Source: Candidatus Altimarinota bacterium (GTDB lineage: Bacteria; Patescibacteriota; Gracilibacteria; 1-14-2-50-48-13). From it: a DNA stretch of 40,000 nucleotides. Each line of letters begins with the position of its first letter. Within the stretch, counting starts at the first letter, position 1. The DNA is taken from NCBI GenBank assembly GCA_046314355.1, contig JBKBWQ010000001.1, positions 823,115 through 863,114 of the forward strand, given 5' to 3'. The notes beneath the pieces were generated by a model that saw only the letters and a list, made by a program, of their open reading frames with translations, was not told where the DNA came from and did not search any database. Positions 18,842 through 28,422 of the stretch are shown piece by piece. A program made the position numbers and the translations under genes.

Positions 18842-20104
18842 TTATTTATACTTCCCTCCCCAAATATTCAATTTAATACTCACCAAATCAGTAAGAGTCC
18901 TAATAGCATCCTTAATCGGACGTACTCTTGAATCCTCAGAGTTATACCAAGCTACAGGTACTTCCTTGATAGAGTACTGCAGTATCTCGGCAAGCGCCAA
19001 AGCTTCCATATCAAAGCCAAATCCATCGATCTTCATGCGTGAGAATATATCCTGTGAGGCTTTATAGCTATAGAGTTTAAATCCGCACTGGGTATCTTTG
19101 ATATCATCTATGAGAGTTACCTGGATGAGCAGATTTGCCATTCTTCCAAGCATGATACGGTACCACGGCTGACGTATCTCAAGCTTGCTGCCTTTCATAT
19201 ACCGTGACCCAATCAGTATGTCTGCATCCGTAACCTGACTATCAAAGCTTGCGAGCTCTTCAATAGGAGTAGAATTATCTGCATCTGTAAACAATACATA
19301 TTTACCTTTTGCATCGAGCATTCCCATACGTACCGCATATCCCTTTCCATGATTCTCTTTATTATCAATACATCTCAGATGAAGCTTAGGATATTTTTCA
19401 ATAAACTTTGCTACTTCTTTTACTGTAGTATCTTTGCTACCATCATTTACCACCACTATTTCTACTTTCTTTGGAAAATCTGCGAGAAACTTTTCTATTT
19501 TTTCAAGAGTCGCAGGAAGACGTTTTGCCTCATTATATGCAGGAATTACTATAGAATATTCAAATTCAAAATTTTCCGGTATGTCTATGTTTCTCTGGTC
19601 AATAAACCGTACTCTAAAGGTCCAATATTTATTTACCAGAAAGTTCCAGATCAGTACCACTCCTGAGGTTACTACCTTTGCTAGCACCACCAGCATCACT
19701 GTAGATATAACGATACCTACAGAGCCCAAAAATAAATCAAATGCCCGTATAAGTACAAACATAAGAAGGTTGCTCAAAAGCAATCCGCCCAGCGCCACAA
19801 GAAGAAATTTTACAAATCTTCTCTTCTGTCCCTTTCTGCTGGATTTGAATGTCCACCATTGATTTAAGAGGAAATTATTTATAACAGCAAGAGTAAAAGA
19901 GATCGATACATATAAGTAAAAAATATGATCAATCTGCGGATCTATACCAGTTGCATCCACGAGAAAAGCAAGCACCCCTACATCAATAAGAGTACCCAAT
20001 ACACCCACCAAAGCGTATTTGATAAATACCTTTGTGAAGAAAGAAGAGAAAATCCCGGTTTTAGATGAGGATCGAGACACGTGTGTGGGAGAATAAAACA
20101 ACAA
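18842..20104 (-). CDS. fused GtrA-like membrane domain and family-2 glycosyltransferase (polyprenyl-phosphate glycosyltransferase-like)
   Basis: N-terminal 4-TM GtrA pattern (YALVGVLGTLID..NQWWTFKS..NKYWTFR). C-terminal GT2 motifs (SIVIPAYNE, VVNDGSKDTT, FTDADNS). The start is uncertain; the track uses TTG at 20104. Confidence 0.8.
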   Translation of the reverse strand: MLFYSPTHVSRSSSKTGIFSSFFTKVFIKYALVGVLGTLIDVGVLAFLVDATGIDPQIDHIFYLYVSISFTLAVINNFLLNQWWTFKSSRKGQKRRFVKFLLVALGGLLLSNLLMFVLIRAFDLFLGSVGIVISTVMLVVLAKVVTSGVVLIWNFLVNKYWTFRVRFIDQRNIDIPENFEFEYSIVIPAYNEAKRLPATLEKIEKFLADFPKKVEIVVVNDGSKDTTVKEVAKFIEKYPKLHLRCIDNKENHGKGYAVRMGMLDAKGKYVLFTDADNSTPIEELASFDSQVTDADILIGSRYMKGSKLEIRQPWYRIMLGRMANLLIQVTLIDDIKDTQCGFKLYSYKASQDIFSRMKIDGFGFDMEALALAEILQYSIKEVPVAWYNSEDSRVRPIKDAIRTLTDLVSIKLNIWGGKYK

Positions 20105-20142
20105 AAGTAAGTATAAAGGCTTACCCGATGTAAGTCAAAATA

Positions 20143-21240
20143 CTATCTGATTCCGCTTCCGATAATGGCAATGATTACGCCGACCACAGCGAGCATCATA
20201 CCTATAATCCATAGACGCATGACAATATTTGACTCCGGCCATCCGCAGGCCTGCAGCGCATGATGAAAGGGAGCAGCCTTATAAATCTTTCTCTTAAGAA
20301 ACTTTTTGGAAAGGATCTGAGTAAAGCTTGTAAATACTTCCCAGTAGAAGATTAGACCAATAATAACAAGTACAATAAATGTATTCGTCATCATGGCGAT
20401 CACACCCAAGGTCGCGCCTAAAGCCAGAGATCCCGTGTCCCCCATAAAGAGCTTTGCCGGAGATACATTATACCAAAGAAATCCCGCGAGTGCTCCTACG
20501 ATGACCGCACAAAAGGTCGCGAGAAAGATCATGTGATCAGATCCAAGACTTGGATTATTGCGGATATATGCGATAACAGCAAAAGCAGTAAAAGCAATAG
20601 CAAGGAGTCCTCCTGCAAGTCCATCTAGACCATCCGTCACATTCACAGCATTTGCAGTAGAGATGATAACAAACACAAAGAGAGGCACATACCAAATACC
20701 AATATTAAAATCTCCGATACGGGGAATATGGATCGAATTCCATTCAAGCTTATAGTGAAACCAGAGAGCGCCAGCGAGAGCAAAGATAGTAAGCCAGAGC
20801 ATTTTTTTCCATGCGCTTATTCCCTTCTGCTTCCCTATGCCGTTTGCATTGAGATAGTCATCAAAGGCACCGAGAAGTCCTATAAAAATCAAAGTGAAAA
20901 ACGGAAGCCAAACTTCAGATCTATTCAAAATAGAGTGATACACTTCATCAAAAGGAAGATAATATCCAATACCCGCATAGGCAAGGATACGTGAGATAAG
21001 CAATACCGCAGCAACTGTACCCCAGATAATGATTCCACCTCCATTTGGAGTACCAGCCTTATGCTTGTGATGTTCAATAAAAATACTTGCATCCTGACCA
21101 TCTACAGCAGCTTCACGTATTTGTTTTACAAAGCCGAATCTGCGGAGAAGACGTATAGCAGGAGGAGTAGCGAGAATAGCTATGAGAAAAGCAAGGGAGC
21201 CATATCCGAAGATAAACACAAGGTCTGGTACGTAGTTCAT
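20143..21240 (-). CDS. mraY: phospho-N-acetylmuramoyl-pentapeptide transferase MraY
   Basis: NAVNVTDGLDGLAGG, FMGDTGSLALGA, APFHHALQ; about 10 TM helices. Confidence 0.93.
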   Translation of the reverse strand: MNYVPDLVFIFGYGSLAFLIAILATPPAIRLLRRFGFVKQIREAAVDGQDASIFIEHHKHKAGTPNGGGIIIWGTVAAVLLISRILAYAGIGYYLPFDEVYHSILNRSEVWLPFFTLIFIGLLGAFDDYLNANGIGKQKGISAWKKMLWLTIFALAGALWFHYKLEWNSIHIPRIGDFNIGIWYVPLFVFVIISTANAVNVTDGLDGLAGGLLAIAFTAFAVIAYIRNNPSLGSDHMIFLATFCAVIVGALAGFLWYNVSPAKLFMGDTGSLALGATLGVIAMMTNTFIVLVIIGLIFYWEVFTSFTQILSKKFLKRKIYKAAPFHHALQACGWPESNIVMRLWIIGMMLAVVGVIIAIIGSGIR

Positions 21241-21350
21241 AGATACTAGAAAAAGAGTGAACAGATATGTGCATTCTAATCGAATAACTCAAGAGAGCAA
21301 ATATAAGAGAAAAGAATTATTTACTTAGCTCTATGCAGTCGGTTATAGTG

Positions 21351-22559
21351 TTATGCTTCTTTTATATTTAGTTGCATTATTTTATTAGCATAAAGTATGT
21401 TTGTTGCTAAAACTACCAAAGCAATACAAACAAAAGCCGTCGAAAGCGGTAAAAAAGAGAGAACCTGCTTGCCTACAGTTGTATACAATGCAAATATAGA
21501 AAATATGAGAGAACGCGTAGTAGCAATTGCTTTCCCTCCTACGACGTTCACAAGCACCTGATTCCAGGCTGGCTGCCAGAGTCCATCAAATGCCACAAAT
21601 ATAATGTATATACCTGCAAGTATAACCCAATCATGTAGGAAGAAAGCTGCAGCACAAAGAATAAGACTTTGAATAATTGTTGCGATGATCCAACTCAATC
21701 CATAGGAGTATTTTTCAGAAAAATTATTCCCAAACTTTAACATATACATCATCGCAGCAGTAGCTAGAGCAGAAATAATACCTGAAGCAAAAGAAGGCAT
21801 ATGAGCATCTGTCAGCACTGGAAAGATTACAAGCGGAAGATATGAGATATGATTTCCAAATGTACGGAAAATAAGAAGAGTCCTGATATCTTTATTAGTC
21901 AGAACATTCATGAAAGCCATCTTTGCGGTTCGGAAATACTTTCTCACTCTACTTTCTTCCTCAACTAAATTTAGCTCTTTCTCCGTAACTTCCTTTAATC
22001 TAAATGTAAGAGCCACTAAAACAGTTGCTCCAATTATATCCATACCTGCAAGAATGCGGTACCCCTCTTCATGAAAGAAAAAAAGAACTCCTGAGGCAAT
22101 CAATGGACAGATTAATCCAGCAAATTGTTCAATTATCATAAATCCACTGATGACGCGTCCGAAACTTTTCTCTTTACCCAGAACCCTCAAATTAGTTTCC
22201 AAAAAAGCCTGCCCCGTTCCACTCCAGAAGCTCCAATATAAAGCAGCAAATACGGCCGCTGCAATAAATCCCCAAAAACCTGGGAATAGAAACAGCAATA
22301 ATGCACCAATAAAGTTACAAATAACTGAATATAGAAGAGACTTTTTTAATCCTGAAACATCAGCAAAAATAGAAGTAGGGAGCTCAAAAAGCCAGTTACA
22401 AAGTGTTGCTGCATTTGCAATAAGCGTTATCTCCACCAAACCCAATCCCGTATATTTATAGAGCAATGTCACTACTGGAGTCAGAAACAAAAAACCTGCA
22501 AAAAGATTAATAAGACGCTGGAGCTTTATATTTCTTTCTGCAGTTTGTATAGTTATCAT
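21351..22559 (-). CDS. MFS transporter
   Basis: About 12 hydrophobic helices; MFS loop-2/3-type motif ELPTSIFADVSGLKKSL. Confidence 0.75.
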   Translation of the reverse strand: MITIQTAERNIKLQRLINLFAGFLFLTPVVTLLYKYTGLGLVEITLIANAATLCNWLFELPTSIFADVSGLKKSLLYSVICNFIGALLLFLFPGFWGFIAAAVFAALYWSFWSGTGQAFLETNLRVLGKEKSFGRVISGFMIIEQFAGLICPLIASGVLFFFHEEGYRILAGMDIIGATVLVALTFRLKEVTEKELNLVEEESRVRKYFRTAKMAFMNVLTNKDIRTLLIFRTFGNHISYLPLVIFPVLTDAHMPSFASGIISALATAAMMYMLKFGNNFSEKYSYGLSWIIATIIQSLILCAAAFFLHDWVILAGIYIIFVAFDGLWQPAWNQVLVNVVGGKAIATTRSLIFSIFALYTTVGKQVLSFLPLSTAFVCIALVVLATNILYANKIMQLNIKEA

Positions 22560-22571
22560 AGTACTTTTCTA

Positions 22572-23171
22572 TCAAACTATTAATTCATACTGTGAAGTTT
22601 CAGTAGAAATCACTATCTTACCTTCTCGTTTCTGCACTGTTTGAACTGCTGTTGTATTACCGCCTTCCCGTAACTCTATATTTCTTCCAGGTATGATTTC
22701 ATTTTTTAAAGTACCATATAGCTCTTTCCCAATAGCTACCCCTGAATTACTATTCAACACAATTTTTTTTAAACGAATCTTTTCACCCGCTTTAGGTATT
22801 CTGATCTGATCTAAAAGGAGATCTTTTCTCGCATTAAAAACTGTATTTACTTTGTTTATTAAATTTAGAGAAGTGTTATTTTCAAGATCCTTAGCTGAAA
22901 GCTGGTACCCTAAAGTTAGTCCCTTCTCATTCCAATACATACCAATTTCACGACCATTTCCAAGCTTAATATAATCTTTTTTATATCCTCCTTCTAGATT
23001 CTTTCCCACATTAAACTGTTTGATCTTTCTCACAAATTCTTCCTTTGAAAGACCATATACCATTAATGATGGAAGTACTTGTTTTAGTCCAGGCATTCTT
23101 TCCATATAGAGATTCGCCTTTTCTTTATCTTCCGATTCTCTTGAAGAGAAATAGTTCGGTGAGTTATTCAT
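22572..23171 (-). CDS. hypothetical protein (199 aa) immediately downstream of the T4SS-like ATPase gene
   Basis: Long ORF with no motif recognised. It ends in TGA (22572-22574), followed directly by an in-frame TAG. Confidence 0.5.
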   Translation of the reverse strand: MNNSPNYFSSRESEDKEKANLYMERMPGLKQVLPSLMVYGLSKEEFVRKIKQFNVGKNLEGGYKKDYIKLGNGREIGMYWNEKGLTLGYQLSAKDLENNTSLNLINKVNTVFNARKDLLLDQIRIPKAGEKIRLKKIVLNSNSGVAIGKELYGTLKNEIIPGRNIELREGGNTTAVQTVQKREGKIVISTETSQYELIV

Positions 23172-23233
23172 AAAATATTAGTGAAAGGTTCTTTTTATTA
23201 TAACATAAGCCCTCATTACATACCCTATTTTAT

Positions 23234-25633
23234 TTATAAAGCTCCCATTCGAAACCTGATCTCCTGATCAACAAATTCTCTTTGTCGCCCGTACTTCAGA
23301 CGTGAGAGCTGTCGATAGGCATCTGCTGCCTCCTTATCAAAGTCGTATCCCTGCATTGTGAAATGTCTCTGCACATCAAAGTTGAACGGACGGGATGGAG
23401 TCAAATTAATACTAAGTTTCATGATTGCCTTAAATTCATCCTGATTTGAAATATCCTGTTCTGAAAATACCGGAGCAAAGATCTTTGCCATAAATTCCGC
23501 ATCCACTTCACCAGTTTTATACGCAAGGATATTACCCACGTTACCGAATATGGCACCTTTCAATGAAGTACTACCTGATATATCTTTCTTCTCAAGCTGA
23601 TCCATATACTGATGTGCAAGACAGAGACTTACACGATATTTTCGTGCTTCAGAAAGAATAGATTCGATAGAGTCCGTCACAAAGTTCTGGAACTCATCCA
23701 CATACACAAAGAATTCTCTTCGGTCTTTCTTTTCAATCTTCTGTCTTCTCATAGCAGATACTTGTAGCTTTGAAATAAGAATCATACCAAGTAGTTGTGC
23801 ATTCAAGTCACCTATAAGACCTTTTGATAAACGGCAAAGTATGATTTTTCCATCCTGCATAGCCTGGAACATATCAAAGGATGATTTTGCCTGACCAAGG
23901 ATATTCCGGATAGTGGAGTTGGTAGTAAACTGACCAAATTTCGCTGCAAAATACGGGATCATTTCCTGTTTTTCTCTATCACCCATACCATCAAAAGTAT
24001 TATCCCACCATGATTTTACAATTGGATTTACCACATAAGAACGCATCTTTTTCTGAAAATCCTGATTTACGAAAAGACCAAGCACGTCAATAATAGTACC
24101 TCCTTCAGGAGCAGCCATAAGGGTCAGTACTCCATTTCGGAAGTAGTCCTGGATACGCGGACCAAACACTTCGTTACCGAAGAGCTTGATCATCATATTC
24201 ATCGCATCTAATGCCACTAGTTCTTTCTCATCATCCCCTTCTGCCTCAAGCATATTCAGTCCAAGCGGCCGCTCAGTATCAGATGGATCAAAGATGATAA
24301 CATCGTCCGCACGTTCTCGAGGGATAAATCCGATAAAATCATCCGCCAGTTCTCCATGAGGATCCATCATCATCATCCCCTCACCTTTTCGTACACTTTG
24401 TTTCATCATGGTTTGAAGAATCGTACTTTTACCAGTACCAGTTTGTCCAATAATATAGAAATGTCTAAATCTATCTTCCTGTTTAATACGGACCTCTTTT
24501 CGAGATCCCCGGTAATTCACATGACCAAGCAGAATACCATCTTCCGGAAGATTATCTGGTGGAGCCGACATCTTGGATTTTTGCCACTTGATCGCAGGAG
24601 ATCTATTGAACTTGATATGAGGAAAATGAAAGAGACTCGCGATTTCGTCCGTAGAGAGGATGACTTTTGGCTCCTTCCAGTAATCCTTTTCAAAAAGACG
24701 GTAAATAGCATGAGTAAGTATTCTTCGGGACTTTGCCTTCTTTATCTTTGTAATAGAGTTCATCCGCGGATGACTAAACTGTACAAAAGAACTCACTATG
24801 CTCTGCAGCTGATTTTTAGCCTGAAAAGCTGTAGGAGCTGAAGTTAGCACACGGATATGCGCCTCAAATCCTACTTTAAATGATTTTTGTTCTACAGATT
24901 TTGCCGTCTCTTCCGTCAGAGGAGAAAGACGTTTGTTCTCATCCTTCTTCGGCTGCGGGTTCATGATCTTCCAGAATTCATCCCAGATACTCTTGATAGT
25001 CAATTTATCTTTCTTCTTATCATTCAAAATATTCTCCGCAAGCTTTTTGGATTCATCCTGCCATTTATCAGCCACAGGTTTTAAAAGTATCTGAATCATT
25101 GCCCCCTCATCCGGACCAATTTTGGAGAGTGAGTTAGTAATATTATTTAAAGGATCAGACTCAAGCTGTGCATATGTTTTAAGCGGATATGTATATTCTT
25201 TTTTTAAAGTAAGGCTGCACGCCTCCTGCACTCCGTTCTCCTGAAAAATATTATAATCCTCCTCTATCTCAACAATAGCATCAGGATAAAAACTCGTAAT
25301 CTGCTTTTCAATAAGCTGCTGCAGCTCCCCAGGAACCACCACATAAAAATACACCTGCGTCTTCAATACCGCATATTCAAAGGAAACATAGTTTTCGCTT
25401 CCTATCTCATGAAGCGAAGCAAGCAGCTGCTCCATCACGGACACCACATCCTTAAAAGGAAGATTCGACTGAGAGTCTTTCTTTTCATCAAGATCAGACT
25501 CTTTTATCGGCAGTATTACTCGCATAAAACTCAAAGAAAGCGCCTTCTCAAGCACCTTTTTCCTACGGTTATCCCTCTTGTACCAGAGATACGCACCTAC
25601 GACTATAATAAGAACAAGAAGAAGTTCTACCAT
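23234..25633 (-). CDS. type IV secretion coupling-protein-like ATPase (VirD4/TraG/TraD; HerA/DUF87-like P-loop)
   Basis: N-terminal TM helix. Walker A IIGQTGTGKST, Walker B-like FFVYVDEFQNF, and the MDPHGE segment common in these ATPases. Confidence 0.7.
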   Translation of the reverse strand: MVELLLVLIIVVGAYLWYKRDNRRKKVLEKALSLSFMRVILPIKESDLDEKKDSQSNLPFKDVVSVMEQLLASLHEIGSENYVSFEYAVLKTQVYFYVVVPGELQQLIEKQITSFYPDAIVEIEEDYNIFQENGVQEACSLTLKKEYTYPLKTYAQLESDPLNNITNSLSKIGPDEGAMIQILLKPVADKWQDESKKLAENILNDKKKDKLTIKSIWDEFWKIMNPQPKKDENKRLSPLTEETAKSVEQKSFKVGFEAHIRVLTSAPTAFQAKNQLQSIVSSFVQFSHPRMNSITKIKKAKSRRILTHAIYRLFEKDYWKEPKVILSTDEIASLFHFPHIKFNRSPAIKWQKSKMSAPPDNLPEDGILLGHVNYRGSRKEVRIKQEDRFRHFYIIGQTGTGKSTILQTMMKQSVRKGEGMMMMDPHGELADDFIGFIPRERADDVIIFDPSDTERPLGLNMLEAEGDDEKELVALDAMNMMIKLFGNEVFGPRIQDYFRNGVLTLMAAPEGGTIIDVLGLFVNQDFQKKMRSYVVNPIVKSWWDNTFDGMGDREKQEMIPYFAAKFGQFTTNSTIRNILGQAKSSFDMFQAMQDGKIILCRLSKGLIGDLNAQLLGMILISKLQVSAMRRQKIEKKDRREFFVYVDEFQNFVTDSIESILSEARKYRVSLCLAHQYMDQLEKKDISGSTSLKGAIFGNVGNILAYKTGEVDAEFMAKIFAPVFSEQDISNQDEFKAIMKLSINLTPSRPFNFDVQRHFTMQGYDFDKEAADAYRQLSRLKYGRQREFVDQEIRFRMGAL

Positions 25634-25661
25634 GAAATCTTAAGAAATAGCATACATATAC

Positions 25662-25690
25662 ATTGTAACGTGAGTACAGACGCAATGCAA
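25662..25690 (-). promoter_or_regulatory. candidate promoter of the ATPase gene
   Basis: The minus strand reads TTGCAT-17 nt-TACAAT, about 30 nt upstream of the ATG at 25633. Confidence 0.45.
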
Positions 25691-25872
25691 GTAGTCTAAT
25701 GAGGAGTGTAACTCAAGTGGTAGCATCTCCGAAACGTTTGTATTTGGAGACCCCTCCCGCAGCTCATATCTCCGCAGCTTAAGATAAAGAATAACTCTGC
25801 AGGATGACGCGCTCCCTATCCTTATTATGTACCACAGAGATATTGCCATCTCTAGAAGCGAGAGAATCGCAC

Positions 25873-26309
25873 CGAATGATGAGAGTCTCCGGGCTCCAAC
25901 CCCCTGTGTCCCCCTTCTCAGGGGGATAGCTCATAGGCTCCCTAACCCGAGTCCTGACATGTACGGCAGGTACATCGCCTGGCTGCGTAGTGGACTAGTA
26001 ACTAGTGACGGTCACTAGTTACTAGTCACTCGAGCCCTCATCTAGACCACGCCGTCCCTGGGGGTTTGGGGGAGGAGAAGCGTCTGATTACTTTTAGAAA
26101 GCAACCTCTCTGCCAGACGCTTTTCTCCTCCCCCAAGACTTTTGGTTACTTTTGGTCACAAAAGTGACGCCCCACCGGCAGGTGAAGAAGAAACCACTTA
26201 CTTCATCAAGCACCCTTCACCTCACTCAAACCTTTATCTCTTATAAGAGGATTTGTGAAAACTATAAGAACACTAGTTGAATAAACCAATATCCGACAAT
26301 GGATTCCCG
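25873..26309. repeat. copy 1 (core) of an unclassified GC-rich hairpin-dense element; candidate structured ncRNA or ORF-less mobile element
   Basis: About 95% identical by eye to 37400-37837 in the same orientation. No ORF is conserved between the copies. Contains a 35-bp perfect palindrome (25993-26027), a 19-bp stem (26068-26134) and several further helices. Weaker similarity extends to about 25722 and 26375. Confidence 0.85.
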
Positions 26310-26433
26310 CCGGAGTTTATGCTGGTGCAGATCAGTACGGGAATGACAGACATTTGATCACAAAAGTAACAAAGCTTTTGATTCTTTACCGAAAAGAATA
26401 TATCCTCTCACTGTATATTTTTTCCAGTTTTCC

Positions 26434-27549
26434 ATGAGAATCGGTATAGATGCCCGCATGTACAGCCCTAAGTTTACAGGTATCGGACGTTATAATTATG
26501 AGCTTATCAACCACCTTTTTGAGATAGATAAAGAAAACACCTATGTCATCTTCATGAACGAACCTGAATACTCAGAGTTCACCTTTTCAGCGAAAAATGT
26601 CGAAAAAATCTGTGCGGGAGCAAAGTATTATTCACTCGGCGAACAGCTAAGCTTTATGAAGAAGCTCTATCAGGCACGTCTTGATGTCATGCACTTCACA
26701 CACTTCAATAATGCCCTGCTCTACTTTAAAAAGCAGACAGTAACCATCCATGATCTTACACTTTCTTTCTTTCCCGGAAAAAAGATGACAAAGTGGTATC
26801 ATAGAGTTGCTTACTTCTTAAGCGTATGGGGAGTTACAAAGAAAGCATACCGGATCATAGCAATCTCAGAGAATACAAAAAACGATCTTATAAAAGTACT
26901 CAGGGTTCCAGAGAAAAAAATTACAGTGGTTACAGAAGGAGCTTCGCAGGATTTTTCAAAAATCACTGACAAGATGAGATTAAGTGAAACAAAGAAAAGA
27001 CTTGGGCTTTCACGTCCTTTCTTTTTATATACAGGAGTATGGAGAGATCATAAGAATCTCGTTGGTCTTATAAAGGCATTTCATAAGCTCACTCTTTCAA
27101 AGGACTTTGATGCAGATCTCGTCATCACTGGACGCCATGATCCTGTCTATACAGAAGTAAAAGACACCGTTCAAGAACTGCACCTTGAAGACAGAGTCAA
27201 ACTCGTAGGAATGGTCTCAGAGGGAGATCTCACTGCTCTCTATTCCCTTGCTACTCTTTATACTTTTCCATCATTCTATGAAGGATTTGGTCTTACTATC
27301 TTAGAAGCCTTCGCGGCAGAACTTCCCGTAGCCTGCTCAAATACATCCAGTCTTCCAGAAGTTGGGGGAGATGCTGTTATCTATTTCGATCCTTATTCCA
27401 TAGATGATATGGCTGAAAAAATAGGCATGTTATATGATGACAAAGAACTTCAGAAGGAGCTCATTCTCAAAGGAAAAAAACAACTCTCTGTATTTTCATG
27501 GGAAGATATGACAAAAAAGATACATGATATTTATCTAATGAAAAACTAA
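26434..27549 (+). CDS. family-4 (GT-B) glycosyltransferase
   Basis: EGFGLTILEAFAAELPVACSNTSSLPEVGGDA, the EX7E-type GT4 C-terminal signature. Confidence 0.85.
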   Translation: MRIGIDARMYSPKFTGIGRYNYELINHLFEIDKENTYVIFMNEPEYSEFTFSAKNVEKICAGAKYYSLGEQLSFMKKLYQARLDVMHFTHFNNALLYFKKQTVTIHDLTLSFFPGKKMTKWYHRVAYFLSVWGVTKKAYRIIAISENTKNDLIKVLRVPEKKITVVTEGASQDFSKITDKMRLSETKKRLGLSRPFFLYTGVWRDHKNLVGLIKAFHKLTLSKDFDADLVITGRHDPVYTEVKDTVQELHLEDRVKLVGMVSEGDLTALYSLATLYTFPSFYEGFGLTILEAFAAELPVACSNTSSLPEVGGDAVIYFDPYSIDDMAEKIGMLYDDKELQKELILKGKKQLSVFSWEDMTKKIHDIYLMKN

Positions 27550-27557
27550 TACCCACT

Positions 27558-27866
27558 ATGGCTTTTACTCCTCTTTCCTCTTTAATACTCAGGTCCGCAA
27601 AAAAATATAAGGTAGAGGATTCAGCAAAGGCTTCTCTTGTTATTAAAACAGCAAAAACTCTCGTGGGTGAAATTTTTTCAAAAGTAACCTCTTCACCAGA
27701 GAACCTTATTACCAGAATATTCTTTGACCGCGATATGCTCACTATCTGCGTAGCCAATGCAAGCGTATGCCAGGAGCTACATATGAGACAGGACGACCTT
27801 ATGGCTGACATTAATAAAACGCTCCCTTTTCCTTGGGTAAAAAAGATAAAGATCAAAATCTTTTAA
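27558..27866 (+). CDS. DUF721/DciA-like small protein
   Basis: Size and pattern (..LVGEIF..T.P..L....L.ICVANASVCQEL.....DLMADINKTL....VKKIKIKI) resemble DUF721. Recognised by pattern only. Confidence 0.45.
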   Translation: MAFTPLSSLILRSAKKYKVEDSAKASLVIKTAKTLVGEIFSKVTSSPENLITRIFFDRDMLTICVANASVCQELHMRQDDLMADINKTLPFPWVKKIKIKIF

Positions 27867-27949
27867 AAAGTCCTTTGTAACTCTTGCGGGTTTTGAAAGC
27901 ATCTGATAGAATTAGTTGATACATAACTTTTATTCGTTACCTTTTGTTT

Positions 27950-28372
27950 ATGTACAATTCCATTTCTTCATTTTTTAAGAAGCTAGCAGTAGGCGCAGGT
28001 GCACTTTACGCAGCTGCAACTCTTTCCCTGGTTCCTGTACTTGCAATAGGTTCAACAAATTTTGGTGTTGATAATGCCAAGGGACTGAACGTACAGGATG
28101 GTTCACTCCTTGATAACGTGACTAACATTATTAATACTGTCTTCCTTCTTCTTGGAATAGTGGCAGTAGGATTTATTGTATGGTCTGGTATCAGCATCAT
28201 TACTTCTAAGGATAATGAGGAGAAGCTTAAAAAAGCTCAGAAGTACCTTATCAATGCAGTTATCGGTTTCGTTCTCATTGCACTTTCATGGACAATTGTG
28301 AGCTTTATCATCGCTGCAATCAATAGTGGTGAAAGTGGTTCTGAGGAATTCCAGACAGAACAGCTTTCATAA
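27950..28372 (+). CDS. TrbC/VirB2-like type IV secretion pilin (CPR type)
   Basis: Signal peptide, then two hydrophobic helices around the loop SKDNEEKLKKAQKY. Start placed at ATG 27950 rather than TTG 27944. Confidence 0.7.
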   Translation: MYNSISSFFKKLAVGAGALYAAATLSLVPVLAIGSTNFGVDNAKGLNVQDGSLLDNVTNIINTVFLLLGIVAVGFIVWSGISIITSKDNEEKLKKAQKYLINAVIGFVLIALSWTIVSFIIAAINSGESGSEEFQTEQLS

Positions 28373-28384
28373 GTTCTCTAAGTT

Positions 28385-28421
28385 AAAAAAACACCTTTGC
28401 ATAAAGCAAAGGTGTTTTTTT
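28385..28421. terminator. bidirectional rho-independent terminator
   Basis: A-run, ACACCTTTGC-ATAAA-GCAAAGGTGT, then T-run, between the convergent pilin and flippase genes. Confidence 0.8.
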
Positions 28422-28422
28422 A

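Noticed and set aside
25722-25900. Hammerhead ribozyme, from the conserved CCGAAAC followed later by ATGATGAG
   Set aside because: The core reads AUGAUGA, not CUGAUGA, so the essential C3 is missing. I could not draw a convincing three-helix junction or a GUH cleavage site.
25640-26018. ORFs 25640-25849 (minus) and 25827-26018 (plus) inside repeat copy 1, and 37734-37922 / 37849-38037 at copy 2
   Set aside because: Indels between the two copies break the frames, and one TGA/TAA difference falls in the only longer TGA-tolerant frame. The 35-bp palindrome puts stops in all six frames. They are not conserved as coding sequence.
25993-26027. LexA binding to the 35-bp palindrome, because its centre CTAGTGAC-G-GTCACTAG shares the TAGTGA/TCACTA arms of the candidate lexA operator
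   Set aside because: The half-site spacing is 3 nt against 8 nt, which is incompatible with a single dimer-binding mode. The similarity is most likely a coincidence of ACTAGT-rich sequence.
25873-26309. RNase P RNA, because GAGAGTCTCCGGGCTCC resembles the CR-I GAGGAAAGUCCGGGCUCC and GCCTGGCTG resembles CCCGGCUUA
   Set aside because: The two segments are only about 90 nt apart instead of about 290. The other conserved regions are absent. The element is also present twice at 95% identity.
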